A stretch of DNA of 64,000 nt from Raillietiella orientalis (taxonomy: Eukaryota): positions 682,001 to 746,000 of the forward strand of contig JAYWIR010000002.1 in assembly GCA_036172245.1 (NCBI GenBank). Direction: 5' to 3'. The notes beneath the pieces are model-generated. The model had not been told where the DNA came from. It saw only the letters and a program-made list of their open reading frames with translations, and ran no database searches. How positions within the stretch are numbered: the first letter of the stretch is position 1; every line of letters starts with the position of its first letter. A program made the position numbers and the translations under genes. Positions 40,329 to 53,345 of this stretch are shown here, in pieces.

Positions 40329-43300
40329 TCATCCGCTGATGTTGGCTGTGCACGGTTGCTGGATGTACGTGAAGCAGAAGCCCCTGTTGTTGTTGTTCGC
40401 GTCGGGCTGCTCGTTCCCGTTGAAGTGCACGTAGATGACGAATGGATTGCTGTAGGCTGGAATCCGCCCCTTCCTGTTAGCACCCGATTCTGTGGTTGCC
40501 CTGCAGGAGCAGTCAAGCATCCCAAGGGAGAGCACTCTCGGGAGAGGGCTGACGGTGGCGATGTAGCAGGAGGAGGGGGAGGAGTGGTAGTAGGAGGAAG
40601 AATAGGAAGCGTACGCATCATCTCGACTTTCATCCAACTGAAGTCCGGGATCTGCGTGCATCTTCACGCTGATTTCCGGTTTGCAGTACGGCATTCTTGC
40701 TCCCCCTTTTTCAAGGCGAAGATCCTGCCTGCACTGAACACTCGTCAAGAGGTCAGAGCAGCCGGGATCCCCCTATCAAAAAGGACACTCACAGTAAACT
40801 GGGACGTCGTCTCCACGTCCATTGACCGAGTTGAAGCGGTTGCCGCACAGGCGGTCCTTGCACGCTTGCTGATCGTCCTGAATGAGGCTGTTGGCCACGT
40901 TGGTGGCGCATGGAATGATGATCCAGTCTTGCATGCAGTTCTGGTCCCCGACCTGTGACGAGAATCCTCCTCCCTGAGGGGTGGATATGCTGAATGCCGT
41001 CTTCCTCTGGGAGCTGGGAGACTGCGCTGCGGAGGGGAAACCGGACGGGTCAGCAAGAAGTGTCCTCCCTCCCCATCCCCTTCTCCACTTTTGCGCCCAC
41101 CCCTCCCCGCTCCCGCAATCGTTACCTGCTTCTGGAGGAGTCCTGCAGACCGTGTACTGTATCCCGCAGAATCCAGCCTCCCTCCTAATGCATACGGAGT
41201 AGTCTTGGTTGGACAGCTGCAGACCGGTGCTGTGGTCGTAGTTGTAGGTCATGATCTTGCCGGAAGCCCCAGTGAAGTACTGCAGGCAGCCTGGATCTGA
41301 GGAACAGGAGTTCCGTAGAAGGAAGACGTAGACAGAGCAGATGCCAGGCGACGGGAGAACCCTCTCCTTCCCCTCTCCCACAGAACGAGACGGCGATTTG
41401 GCCGGAGGGAATTAGTGAGACGGTAGAAGAGGAACTTTCGCTTCCTCCCTCACCCCTCCGGTCTCCCTAGCAGGAGCAAGAAGGGACTCCGATGATCTTT
41501 CAGAGCACTGTGACCTTTGCTTCGAGGTAGCCCTGAAGGGGAGTCTCCCTCTCAGTCCAGGGAGCTGGAGTAGGAAGGGAGATTCCCCGGCAGCGCCTGG
41601 AGAGGACCGAACTCTGCCAGCAGCTCTACTCTACGGGAGAGGCGTTGGGAGTCTCGTGCGGGAGTTAAAGAGCGGCGGCAGCGCGGAGTGGACGTTCCCG
41701 CAAGGACGTGTCATGCCCCCTCGAGCAGTCTGAAGGATGACGTTTTTCCGAGCGGACGAGAGGAAAAAGGAGCCGGTACTGAGGGATTCTCGGAGGCTCT
41801 CGAGGACGCAGCTGCTACCTGCAGAGGAAAGAGGCGTACGGTGGGCTCTGCGGCCCCGATGCCCTTTTCCATTTTCTCTCCTGCTGCTGCTGCTAATCGC
41901 GCTCACCTTCCATCCTCTTCTTCCCACCTCTTCCAGTCGGGGACAGCAGCGCCTGTTACACTGCAGGGGGATCTTCCAGACCATTCCGAGTTCCCACTAT
42001 CTGCTCTTCGTCCCTCTCCAGATCGAGAGGTCTCTCGAAGCGTGATTCCCCGTCCAGGGATAAGAACGTGCTCCTTCCGGAAGCCCGACGAATGAGGGGC
42101 TGTCGATAAAGGGCAAGTCAGGTCCGCACAAAGGCTCTCCACCAGCTGGAGATCTTTGTCGATGCGCCCAGCCCATCGCAGAAGTGGAAGACGGGAAAGG
42201 AGCGTCCTCCTCGACGCGAAGGGGGAGCGAAGGAGGACAGGTCGAGGGTGGTGGAGGGGTGACCCATGCCGCCGCCCGCGGGCTACTTACTTCCGTAAGC
42301 AGATTCGCACTCCAGCTGGGTGACCTTGATCTTCCAGGACCTCTCGAATGTAGTTCCGCTCGTGACTATGGTGACGGTGAACGCGTTGTTGCTCCCCGCA
42401 GCGTCGATGATCACTATAACAGCCGGATCAGTTGGTCGCTCGGGGGGAAAAGGAGGTGCGCGCGCGCGCTCTCTGGTGGGAATGGGACGAAGGAAAGAGG
42501 GAGAAGAAGGAAGGAAGTCTTCCCTGGCTGCGGTCTTTTAGTCTCATCAAAAAAGGCCGTTTCTCGAGAGATAGAGTCGGAGATGGGGATGTCATGCGCG
42601 CACGAGTCGGTTCTTCCCCTTTTCCCAATCCGTCTGCAGGACGACCGGTTGGACGGGAAAAGGTGGGAGGAGTAAAAGGCAGAGTGCAGTCTTTTCCTCT
42701 TCCGAGGGAGGGAGCATAGGAGAGGAGGGGAGGGGAATGTGTAACACGAAACTGATGGAAGAGAGGAGGAGAAAGGGAGTTCCGGGTGAGGGGGATGAGC
42801 CTAGGGACGGTACTGGAGGAAGGAGAGGAGAGACAAAGCTGAGCGAAAAAGGGAGCCCTCCCCGAAAATCCCGGGAAGAAGAGGTGAGTGGGAGGGGTCA
42901 GCACCAGCGCCACCGCGGGCTATACGAACTGTGGTTTCCCGTGTTCTGTCCACAGATGATGGGAACGGGAGAGCCCCCGGCGACGATGAATTGGTCGTTG
43001 AGGCAGACATGGTCTGGAAGGACGGGGGGCGCCAGCGCCAGCACGTTGAAGAGCAGCCTGGAAAGGGGGGAGGAGAAGTTCAAAAGGTCGCCGCGTCGGC
43101 TGCTTGCGCCGCGAGGGAGAGGAAAAAGAAGCCTCCCTTTTGTCCCTTCCCCTCCCTTCCCGGATGAGAGCCACTCCGGCTCCGGAGGGTGGCAGACAGG
43201 ATCTCACGGAAGATGTCGTGCTCGGGAAAGGGGGGAGGGGGAACTCAAAGGTGCTCCCGGAATCACCATCTGGACAGGACAGGGGAGCGGGAGGGGGTCG

Positions 43301-45877
43301 AGTGCTTCCCTTTCTTTTTCACCTCTTTCTTTCCTTTTTCTCTCCCGCTTCCCGAAGGAGAGATGGCCCCCCAACCAGCACCTTCTTCCTTTCCTTCTTC
43401 CCAGGGAGGTCTTGCTCTCTTTCCTGGGAGGAATGGGATATGCCAGAAGATGTGGAGGAAACGATGCGGGGATTATGAAAAGGGGAAAAGGAGAGGGAGG
43501 AGGTGACTCCAGCCGTCAAGGGGAACCTCAGACGAAAGCCCTTTATCGGCAACGGAAGAATCGCAGAATGAGACTCCCTTCCCGGTGGGGAGGAGAGAAG
43601 GGGAGGGGGGAAAAGAAAACACTGGAGCCATTCCCGGTGCGAGGGGACGCTGGTAGAAATAGAATCCAGCAAACGGCTCAGCGCCGCCGCTGAGAGTGGT
43701 CAACAAGGAAGAAAACTCTGCCGCTTCCCTTCCCCGTCTTCCTCTCCCTCCTTCGCCGTGGCGTCCGATTCCTTCTCCCTGTCCACGGCCTGAGCAGCGG
43801 ATGCCCTTCATCTGGAGAGGGACGGAGGGAGGACCGAGGTGCTGCACCTTTTGGACCAACATGGAAGAGATCAGGGGAAAAGCCAGTGTCCGCGGAAGCT
43901 CGCGGCCAGTTGTGCGTGCGCGTGTATGGAGGGAAGGGGGAGAAAATAAACGGCTCTCGGAGAAGGAGAGGAAAAGGAAATCGCTGCCGCCTTGCCCCTT
44001 TCAGGAAGGGTCGAGGACGCGAATCCTAACCGGCGGCCCTGGCAACTGCTCCAGGTGCGGGACATTCACCCAAGGGGCGGGTCCTCAGACCGCCATCCGT
44101 TCGGGGGGGAACCCATCACCTTCGGGGGAGAGAGAAGAGAAAGGAAGACCCACCTGATGAAGCAGACGTTCTTGGCACAGCGGAGGATGGTGAATTGGCA
44201 GGAGCCGGTGCCATCGAAGTTGCTGGGGCTGTTGGGGTTGACGAAGTAGGTGTCGTTCTGGGCTACCACGGCGCCGCAGCTCCTAGCGACTGCAATGGGG
44301 ACGCGGGAGGTGGCGGCGCTCGCCTCCCTCTCCCTCCCTTCCCGGGGACGCAGTGCCAGCCGGGACCCCACTTACACACGCAGCATGAGATGAAGCCCAG
44401 CGAGCACGAACCCGAGGGCACACCTCCTTGGGCCAGGCACTCCGCCTTGCTGAAGCACGTCCCGTTGTCGCCGTGGGAGGAGTTGCAAGGGGATTTCTGG
44501 AACCCCACCAGTGTGAACAGGGAGAGCACTGGAAGGGAGAGGAGGTGGGTAAAAGTCATGCGCCGGAAGGCGGAGTCTCCCTGCCACTTCCCAGTCCCCT
44601 GTCCCCTCCCGCGAGGGACGAGCAGCAGGGGCTGCATGCCCGGCTGCCGTCCGACCCCCCTCCTGACCCTCGATGGGACGGGAAAAGGATCAAAAAAGGG
44701 GGACGTTCACTATATCACCTGAGAAAAGCGGGAAGGGAAGAGGAGGAAGGAGTTCGAGGAAGTCCTATCCATGTAAGACGTCACTTTCCTCGAGGGAAAT
44801 CGCCCCAGAGACCGGGTGATGGGAGCATCACCCTCTCGACATAAGCCTCTGGAACAATTTCCTCTTGTTCTTTTTTCCCCGCTCCCCTTCCCATGGCAGG
44901 CTGGTTAGCGCTCTGGATGTCTGGGCGGAACCAGTTGGCGAGTCACGAAGGAGCGGGGAAGGGGAAAGCCGAGATGTGTTCTCCTGCTTCCAACAAGCAC
45001 TCATGCCAAGGAGCTATGCGAGCCTAACTCCCCTGACTTCTGGAGCAGCCCCGAGCGCTCCCGAGGTGAGAGGACTGACGATCCTCAGGGGCTGAACTTC
45101 TCGCCCTTCCCTTGGAGGCGCCGCAAGAGGTCGCATTTCTCCAGCATCAGTGAGCTCCCGACGGATTCCAGCGGAGGCATCGGCGGCCGCGGCATCCGTG
45201 AGGACCTCCTGCAGACGAATGCTAATGTAGGGACGACTCTCCCTCTTCTCTCCGTAGACTTTCGAGGTCGGGCGCCACTCAGGCCCGGCCTCGCAAGCCT
45301 CTGCCTCACCAGGTCATCCCTCCCAGGAGGCATGCGCGCTCGCAGCGAAGAAACTTCGTTCTTCTCGATGCCTCCAGGGAAGAGCTGCCGGAGATACTCG
45401 AATGATGAGATCCCTGCGGTGGGTTGGGGAAAGCGGACTCTCCCGAGTGGCCCAGCGCGGATAGTCGGGAGCACGAAGCACTCCTTCCCTCCCTCTCCCC
45501 CTTCGGGGCGGTAGCTGTTTGCCCCTCCCCTTCGTTCCAGAAAGGTCGAGAGGTGGGATACAAGACCCAGGGGGTTCCAATAGCTACTACTTACAACGTT
45601 TCTCACGGTCCGAGGTCGACTCTCCCGGGGCATCGGTCTCGTTGCTGTGGGGCGGCGGGTGGTACTTGGCGCCTGCGGCCTTCCTGGAGCTCTTCAGGCG
45701 GGACGCCAGGGCACGCAAGCGGCGCCGCGTTTCCGGGGTGGCTTCCAGCAAGTGTCTGTGGAGCTCCTCCAGCCGGTGGGAGGTCCCGTTGGTCGGGAGT
45801 GAGGGGCCCGCCTCCTCGACCCCGAGGAAGCTTGCCAGCGCGAGGAGCAGGGCCAGCTGCGCGGCGTGCGCTTCCAT
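40329..45877 (-). CDS. Secreted CUB-domain-containing protein (arthropod-expanded family), 8 coding exons, 451 aa
   Basis: Exons 45877-45595, 44528-44376, 44289-44154, 43057-42930, 42413-42291, 41296-41126, 41026-40793 and 40456-40329 join in frame. Signal peptide (AQLALLLALASFLG). Family motifs REKR-LLSLFTLVGF, NGTCFSKAEC...GSCSLGFISCC, VPIICGQNTGNH, RSWKIKVTQLEC, GCLQYFTG, LSNQDYSVCIRREAGFCGIQY, DRLCG, NRGFCFTYIQQPC. Confidence 0.9.
45080..45500 (-). mobile_element. Possible DIRS RT relic in intron 1 of the CUB gene
   Basis: CFVLPT...GISSFEYLRQL (cf. FxVLPFG...GIRxFxYLDD) and RVVPTL downstream. The match is weak. Confidence 0.35.
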
Positions 45878-46699
45878 GGCAACGTCTGGTGCTAGCTCAC
45901 AGCGGTGGCTCCGCTTCCTCCCCAGTTGGGTGAGGTCCCGCGCTCCGCCGACGGAGAAAGTGCTCAGGTAACGCGCAGAGAAGGCGGGCAAAGTGGGCCT
46001 TCTCTTTCACCCCGAGGCGCAGTCGGGAGCGGACGGGAGGAGACTTGGAAGTCATCAAGGGCGTTTCTTTCCGTCTCGCTAGGCACGGAAGTGGCGGAAA
46101 GGAGCGCCCGAGGGTTTCCCGCCGGAGGTCACCGCCTTCCTCTCTACTGTCGTTCTTTCCTTTCCCTGCCGCTGCCATGAGGTGTGGTTTTTCGTGTCCA
46201 TGGGGAGGATCTGCCCTCCTCTCGAGGTCGTGCGCCAGTGACCTCAAGTAGCGAAAGGGGCGGGCGCGGGGTGGGAGGAAATAGAAAAGTGACGGCGGCG
46301 GCGTCGCCAGGAAGAAGAGACGGCTATCCCTGTGTCGTTGTCGAGGAGAACCAATGAGGATAAGAGTTCTCTCAGGAGGGGGAAAATGGGATGGAGCAGG
46401 ACTCCCGGGATCATCCACTCGGATGGGAGGCGTAGTCTTCCTTCCGGAATGGGAGTGCCTCTCCCTCCTTGGAGCATGGCGCGATCTCTGCATCCCTTGC
46501 GGTGAGGGGGAAGGAGGAGGGGAAGACGCTGACTTACCGACTCCAGGGACGCGAAAGGAAGAGGTACGGGTCGTCCCTCCCCACTCTCCTCCGGTACGGA
46601 GTGGGAAGGGTACGTGAGTCCTTCACTCGCGCTCGAATGCCCATCCGGCGAAGCAGTGAAAGTCTCGCAGGGGAGGGGAGGGGAGGGTAAAGCTCCTCT

Positions 46700-47400
46700 C
46701 CTCCCAGATTGTAGAAAGTGAATCGACACAGATGGTAAGCGGGATGTGACCACCTCCGGCGTGGTAACGGGAAGAGAGGAAAGTGTCCTGCCAGGGGAGT
46801 TGGAGCTCCCATCGGCTCCTCTTCCGGCCGCACTGAGGGAGGGAAGGATAGGGTGGGAGCGTAGGATCGATGGGGAGGAGGAGACCTGTAAGCCGGTCTC
46901 GCTCGAGGGAATTCTCACCGCAGAAAGAGATGAAACCGGTCCGGGAAGCCCCTCTCCCTCTATCCACGGCCTCTCGTCCCATCGCTTATCGATCGGAGGA
47001 AGAGGGTCGCGAGGAGTCGCCCCCAGCAGGATGGAAGGCGCCTTGGAGATCGAGCAGCAGACCCCGCCGCCCTTCCCACGGGGTCGCCGAAAAGAGGCAG
47101 CGAAGGGAAGAACTCTGGAGAGGTCACGGAGAGGCCACATAGACAGGCCGCTCAGGGATGACCCCCCTCTGAGAGGAGCATCACTTGCGTGACATCGCAC
47201 TGCACGTTGTCGCAGCGAGAGAGCTTCCAGAAAAATGTCGCCTCCCCTGCGTACCCGCCGCCTCCCCAAAGAAGATAAGGGGGAGGCGCCAGCTATTGTT
47301 TGGTCGGTCTGCGAGACTGCGTCCGTCGAGCATCCTGCAGATGTCGCTTCCGGATTCTACTCCTTCTGCTCCCTTCCTTCCCATCCCCCTTTCCCCAGCA
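46700..47400 (-). mobile_element. Possible DIRS ORF1/RT N-terminal relic
   Basis: ASDAPLRGGSSLSG (cf. LLDxPxxxGxLFG), followed by W...PWI...VRIPS resembling the start of DIRS RT. Confidence 0.35.
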
Positions 47401-47459
47401 ACTCTAGGAGGAACCTAGAGAAAGATGGAGGGGAAGAGAGAGAGAGAAAGGCAGACCCT

Positions 47460-48396
47460 CCCCACCCCCCACCCCCTGTAGGCGTGGATCGCCTCGGGAG
47501 CGAAGGGAGAGGATGCAGGCGCTCTAACGCTAAGGAGGACCCGCAGCCACGGCAGGCCCTCCATCCACGGATGCAGTGAGGAAGGCGGCCACCTGCGGCG
47601 AGGGGACAGCAGCGATCGGAGCGATACACTGGCCCATGGAGGGAGATCGCAGACGGGCACTTCTTGAACGATGGAAATCCTTCTTCGCTTTTAGCTTTTT
47701 TGGGGGGTTCGCTGAGTACTTCAAGAACCAGCCACCCACGCAGCTCTTTGAGACTGTTCCCCACCCCACCCGAGGTACGTGTTAATTCTTCAAGATACCG
47801 GGAGGGGACCGCCTCTCACGCCTGGGGAGGCATCTCCGAAGGGAACTTCCCAACTCTGGTTGTCTCCGATGGGAACCCGGAAGAGAATCCTCCCCTTCTT
47901 TATTCTCTCTGGAGGGGCCCCCGAAGAGGTCCGCTCCATGCTTTCTTCTCTGAAGGGAACCCGCAAGGGAACTGCTCCTGTTTACTCCTTTGAAGAGAAC
48001 CCCGAAGGGACGCTTCCGAAATTCAGAAGGGTTCTCCCCGAAGAAAGCGGCACGCTTTTCTGGAACTCTAGAGATGTGGCGACACGCCTACTCTACGGAG
48101 GGTCCCCCCAGAGGAGAGTCCGCTCCTATGCACAACCGGAAGGGAACTCCCACTCCTTGATTCCTGGAAGGCACCCGGAGGTCGACTTCCATTGTTTGGG
48201 ACCTCGTCGGAGGCATACAGCTTGAACCACTACTGGGCGCCGCTCCCGGAAGTAGGCCGAACAGCGTTATCTAGAGGGTCTCCGACTCGAACCCACGACG
48301 CGCACAAACTGCGTCGATTCTTGCCGAGTATTCGAACCCGCAACGCCGAGTGCCACACGCGGAGACCACCGTAACCACATGGCCTCCGATGCGGGC
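47460..48396 (-). mobile_element. tRNA-headed SINE-like composite repeat (head, minisatellite, LINE-RT-derived tail)
   Basis: Minus strand begins GCCCGCATCGGAGGCCATGTGGTTA (A-box-like), has B box GGTTCGAATAC (48328-48338) and a second GGTTCGAGTC, then ~10 degenerate 35-40 nt units, then a tail aligning to ~33120-33530. Confidence 0.8.
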
Positions 48397-49799
48397 CTTA
48401 TTTTGCCCACTCTGAGGGCAAAATAAAAAAGGAAAGGGTGCAGAGGGAGGGGAGAGGGGGAGGAAAAATAAGAAGGAGGAAGGGAGTGGAAGGAAGGAAG
48501 GGAGAAGATGCGGGAGAAGCCGAGGGAAAGGGAGAGTATGGAGTTGCCAGGGGTTCGGCACGGAAGAGAACGAAAGGGGTGCTCTTGTTGCTGAGAGAGA
48601 GGTAGTGCAAGGAAGGGGGCTGTTTCCAGGGTGGTGGAAAGGAGAGGCACCTGGAGACGCGGCACCAAGCACAGTGAACAAGCAGCCGCTGTGCAGTTCC
48701 ATGGAGTTGCTCCTCCTTCTCCTCCACGAAGAGCGACCGGTTTTTGGTGCCCCGGCTCCTCACCAAGATAGCGGATGTGGAGACCCGAGCTCCAAGGTCG
48801 CTGCTGGGGCCAATCTCGACGTGTTGGTGGCGAGATCCGGTTCATCCCTGCTCCTTCCGAGAGCTCCCGAAGATCACTGGGGCGCTCGGAAGGCGGCCTG
48901 GGGCGACCCTGTCGCTAGGATTATCGTCGAGAAGACGGAAGACGCGGCACGTTGCGGACTGGAGGTCGGAGGCGAGGCGTTGTGAGGAGGAGAGGAAGAA
49001 GTGCGGGATCCCCGGGCAGGGCGTGATCTATGGTCGGAAGTCTCGATCGGCGGCTCAGAGTGCTTGGGGGCGATGCCCTGCATCCGGTTCTTCCGGGTGG
49101 GCGGGAGCGCGGGCTCGGAGTGGCACAACGTACGACCCCCTTCCGAGAAAGAAAAGGGAAGAAAGGAAAAAAAAATAGCGAGGGAAGTCTTTCAGCAGTT
49201 GAGGAGGCAGGCATTCACAAGTGGTCCAAGATTCTCTGTCGGGATTTGAGAGGAACTCCTCCCGCGCTCCTTGAGGGATGACTCAATCGAGACTCCCGTG
49301 CTGACGCTCGAGCATCCATCTCAGCCGATAATGAAGATGCTGCTCTGAGGGGTAAGGATGGGAGGAACACCGTGAAACGGGCGCTCCCATTCCAGATTGC
49401 CTTTTAAAAGACCATTAAATTCCCCTCCCCCTCCTTTCTTGGCTTCCAAAAAGAAAAAAAGGGGAAAAAAAGCAGGCAGAGGGGGAGGAGGAGGGGTGAG
49501 AACAATGCTAGGGGTCGGGAGCAAAAAGAAGACCTTTCTGCGCTCCTCCTGCCTTCCGATGGTAGCGGCAGTGTCCCTGCAGCGCAACCATAATCTTCAT
49601 CGGCGCGCGCGCCCTCCAAGGACGCGCAAGGTCGGCTTTCGGGATAAGGATGTCGAGCGGCGGCCCCGAGCCCGCAGCACCTCTGCTGCGCTGGGGGATG
49701 AATCCCGCTGGGGACACTCTACTGGCTGAGCCGAATGTCCCGGGATCGCTCCCCAGGAAATCTCCCGATGGGTTTCCGGAGAGGGCGCTTCCGGACGCG

Positions 49800-52480
49800 G
49801 GATCCGCAACGGGTGGGGTCGTCTTCCAGGCCTGATGACTGCTCCTTCATGTCCGCCTTCCCGATGCGGCAGCAGTCTTTCTGGGGTCGCGGGAACCTAC
49901 CGAGGGATGCTGGCAGGAACGGCGTCCCTCCTCTTCTAGAGGGAGGCAAAGAGGGTAGGAAACTTCCGGATGACTGAGAGTAAATCCATAGCTCCCATCG
50001 GTTCGGATGGGGAAAAGTATCTTCCGGACCCGCGGAGAGTCCCCTGCTGAATCTCAGTCTCGCCGGTAGGCAAGAAGGGGGGGGGGAGGAGAGGACAACC
50101 GGAATTCTCCTCAGAAGAAACTCGGCAGGGCACAGAGCTGCTGCTTCATCTCCGGTGACGTCTCCAGCTGTGCGTCCTTTCGATCTCTTCTGCAGCTGCC
50201 CCCTCACAGTCGGCAGTGGCGTGACACTTCCTCCGCGCCGAGGAAGACTCTGGTGGGGAAGGAGGGGAAAGGTCAGATCCAGTCCCTCCGTCTTGAGGTC
50301 TCCCTTCCACTGCCACTCTGTAGCGGCGCGGCGGCGGGCGCTCCGAGGGGCAACTCTTCTGAGGGCCACGAGCCCAGAAAGATTTGCCTCCGGATGGCGC
50401 CCATCCCATGCCTTGACGCAGTGGCCCTTTCCGGAAAAAAGGAGAAGATCTCTGAAGGGTCAGCGCAGGTCGTCCATTCAGCTTGTAGCTGATCGAGGTC
50501 TCTGGTCATTGGAACGGTTTAAAGAGCACCACCATCGCTTTCGCGGAGGGTAGAGTCACCACCTCTGTTCCTCTCGCGGTGGTACCCTACGTGACCATTC
50601 AGTCCTCTTCGACTTCGCTCTTTTTCTATTGCAAAAGAATAAAAGAATTAATAAAATGAGAACAAAAGATATTTTTTTTTGGCTGCAGCCTCATTCGGCA
50701 GCCGATTTTATAAATCCTCTTCTGTGAAGTCGCAGTCCGGAGCTCTGGACTGGAAACACTGATAAGCAAACACCATTCCGGGCCTTCTGTTTGATCTGTG
50801 TCTTTATCCTCCAGCGGGTCCCTCCATCCTTCCTTGTTTCCAGGGAGCGGATTCGGCTATAAATCTCACAACATCCAGAAGAGCCAGCCCTAGGGAGAGC
50901 GGAGTTGGCTGCACGGTGAGACTCAACCTGGCCTCCGGTCCCTGAGCCAGCGGGAACTGCTGCCCGAACGGTGTCGCGGTTCGCTTCCGCGCTCAGCGGA
51001 CGGCCAGGAGACCTGTGCGCTCGGTAGGGGCGTCGGAGCAACCGGTCACAAAACCAGAGGCAGGGGAGGGGGAGGGGATGCATTCGGGAAGAGTCGAGCA
51101 TCTCCGCTTTTGTCTCTCGCGAGCTCAGCCAGGGCGCATCGTGGGCTGTGCACCTCCCATGCCGGGGTGGCACGCAGGCTCTCTGCTTGCGTACAAGGCC
51201 CGTTCGGGATCGAACCGGTGCGTTTGGTCCCAGACCGGAAGAACAATCGGAAGAACCTGGTTGATAGCAAGTCGGGTGCCCGGGAATGCCCGGATCTCCT
51301 CGAAGTTGAGTGGCCGGACGCCAGCTTGGCACTACCTGACCGGGATCTCCGCGCTGCAAGAAAACTCAGCGGAGAACGGCGGTAAAAACTGGGAATCCGA
51401 ACAAACTCACGGGAGTTCTGCAGCTCAGGCAGGAATGGCCAACTGGCCACATTTCCAGGGGAGACGAAGGAAGATATTTTACTTTAAGGGAAGATCCATC
51501 CAAGCATTTCTGTTTGTAGTTTGTTTGTTTGTTTTTTCAAGGCCAGTAGCGACCTCACGGGGAGGTCGCTGTTATTGGTCTAGGATGAGTATCACTCGGT
51601 TATGCCGGGACATTTATTACATGAAGCAATAAAAATACATTAGTGTGGTAGAACCGTTGGATCTACCACGTGCAAGGAACCTGTCAAAGAGCGGTGCGCA
51701 CACCGACGAGGTCGGCTTCGGCATCGTGGGAGAGGGAAAAGAAATAAACGCACTAAACAGATTATACACGGGATCGGGAGAGAGAATTATACACGGGGAA
51801 GGGGAGACCGAGGAAGGGATCACGGTATGCTGCACGGCCTTCTCTTCATCCTACCCAGGATGCAGGCAAGTTCTGTCCGCATCTCTCCCAAGTGGGGCCG
51901 TCTCGAGGCGGACTTCATCAAGATCCGTGACCAGTGGATGAAGTCCCTGCCATTTCGGCCTTTTCTTCTGGCGACCCAGGCCGCCTTCATCCCTCGGAGA
52001 CAGGAGGAGGGGCTGGCAGCAGTGCAGCACCACGCACGAAGAGGCATCCAATTCCTGGGGCTGCTTACCGGAATTCCTAACTAGGATCGTCGCGAAGAGA
52101 TCCCATAGGGGTCAGAGGGCAGCGCAGTCCAACAGCAGATGAGGGAGGGTCTCCTTCTTACCGCACGGAGCGTCTCTCTTCCCCCCCGGTGTCCAGAGAT
52201 GAAGGCGCGCTTTCCACGGGATTCCTCCCATGCACCATCAGCAACGTCTACTCCTGCCACTCGAGAGGGGTGGGGGGGGATTCCACTACTCCAGCACTCT
52301 GGAAGCTACTCTTCTGGAGGGATGCCTAGCAGCTCTCCCCAGCGTGCAAGTCTGTGGGATGGGACACTCGGGGTCGCAGCGCTCGTCACTTCCCGAGTTG
52401 TCCACGCTCACAGAAGTTTCTTTGCTGCCATGCAGAACGTCACTTCCCACCCTGCCGGGATTACTCTGCCCTGTCTGATA
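49800..52480 (+). mobile_element. DIRS-like relics (ORF1 pieces and RT)
   Basis: HSVAARRRAL and SLASSARAHRGL...GPF (cf. SMASSVAARRxLWL...LPF); KLSGRTPAWHYLT (cf. GRLxxFxxAWxxIT); QWMKSLPF...LAAVQHHARRGIQFLG (cf. QFxALPFG...AAVVAHLRRxGIQ); LGVAALVTSRVVHAHR. Confidence 0.55.
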
Positions 52481-53345
52481 AAAATCTCCCTGGATTCTCC
52501 TGCCTTAGCTGCTCTCCTTCTAGCTTTTTTTTGGATTTATTTTTCGGTCTTCAAGGAGTGCTGAAGAACTGTCCGCCTCCTTAGGGGGGATTTCACGAGA
52601 CTCTTTGACGCTGTCCTCATCACACGAGGGTGAATGTAACTCTTCAATGTATAGGGGCTAACTCGAAGGAGCCACCCCATGAATCCAGGAAGGCTTCAGA
52701 GAAAGATTTAAAGATTTACATCTTACTCTTGGTAGGGAACCCGAAAAAAGGAATCCAGAACCCTCGTTCCGGTTGTCTCCGGAGGCAATTCCAAAGATAA
52801 CCTCTTCCTCATTCTCTCCGGAAAGACGTTCGGAGGACCCAATCCTTATTTCTTCTTTGCAGGGAACTCGAAAATGATCCTTTTCCTGCATCCTCCTTTG
52901 AAGAAAACCCCGAAGGGACGCTTCCGAGTTTCTCTGAAGGGCCACTCCCCGAAGGGAACTGCGCACTTCTTGACACTCTGGAGAGGCATCAACCAGCTCC
53001 GTGGTACATGATGGATGGTCCCCCTCCCTGAGAAAGAGGAACGGCTCCATTTTCGCAACCGGAGGGGAATCCTGAAGGGAGATGACTTTTTGATTCTTGG
53101 AAGGACACCAGAAGGCCAACTCCCAACCCCGGCCAGTCAACGAGTGGCATCCAGTTTCCGTCCGCTTCCACCAGTGGCGCCGCACTCGAATCCTATAGAT
53201 CAACCAGCGTCGTCCTTCGGGGGAAGACTCGGAACTCACGACGCACCCATTTCTCGGCGTGGATCCTCTGTGTGGGGATTCGCACCCGTAACGTTTTGGT
53301 ACCACGCGCAGAGACCGCAGCCACATGGCCGCCGCCAGAGCGGAC
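52480..53345 (-). mobile_element. tRNA-headed SINE-like composite repeat, copy 2
   Basis: Head GGCGGCCATGTGGCTGCGGTCTCTGCGCGTGGTACCAAAACGTTACGGGTGCGAATC on the minus strand. It has the same internal units and the ATGAATCCAGGAAGG block (~52679). Confidence 0.8.

Noticed and set aside
42737..43693. 318-aa ORF as a gene
   Set aside because: It is low-complexity, antisense to a CUB exon and introns, and a by-product of GC/purine-rich composition.
11245..45877. U12-type or non-canonical introns
   Set aside because: All inferred introns are GT-AG, and none has the GTATCCTT/ATATCCTT donor.
46244..47269. 341-aa ORF and many other long ORFs at 46-57 kb as novel genes
   Set aside because: They overlap in all frames in GC-rich DNA, have no coherent domain, and are better explained as TE relics.
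47820..48190. CRISPR-like periodic array
   Set aside because: The units are degenerate, lack unique spacers, sit inside a dispersed eukaryotic repeat, and have no cas genes nearby.
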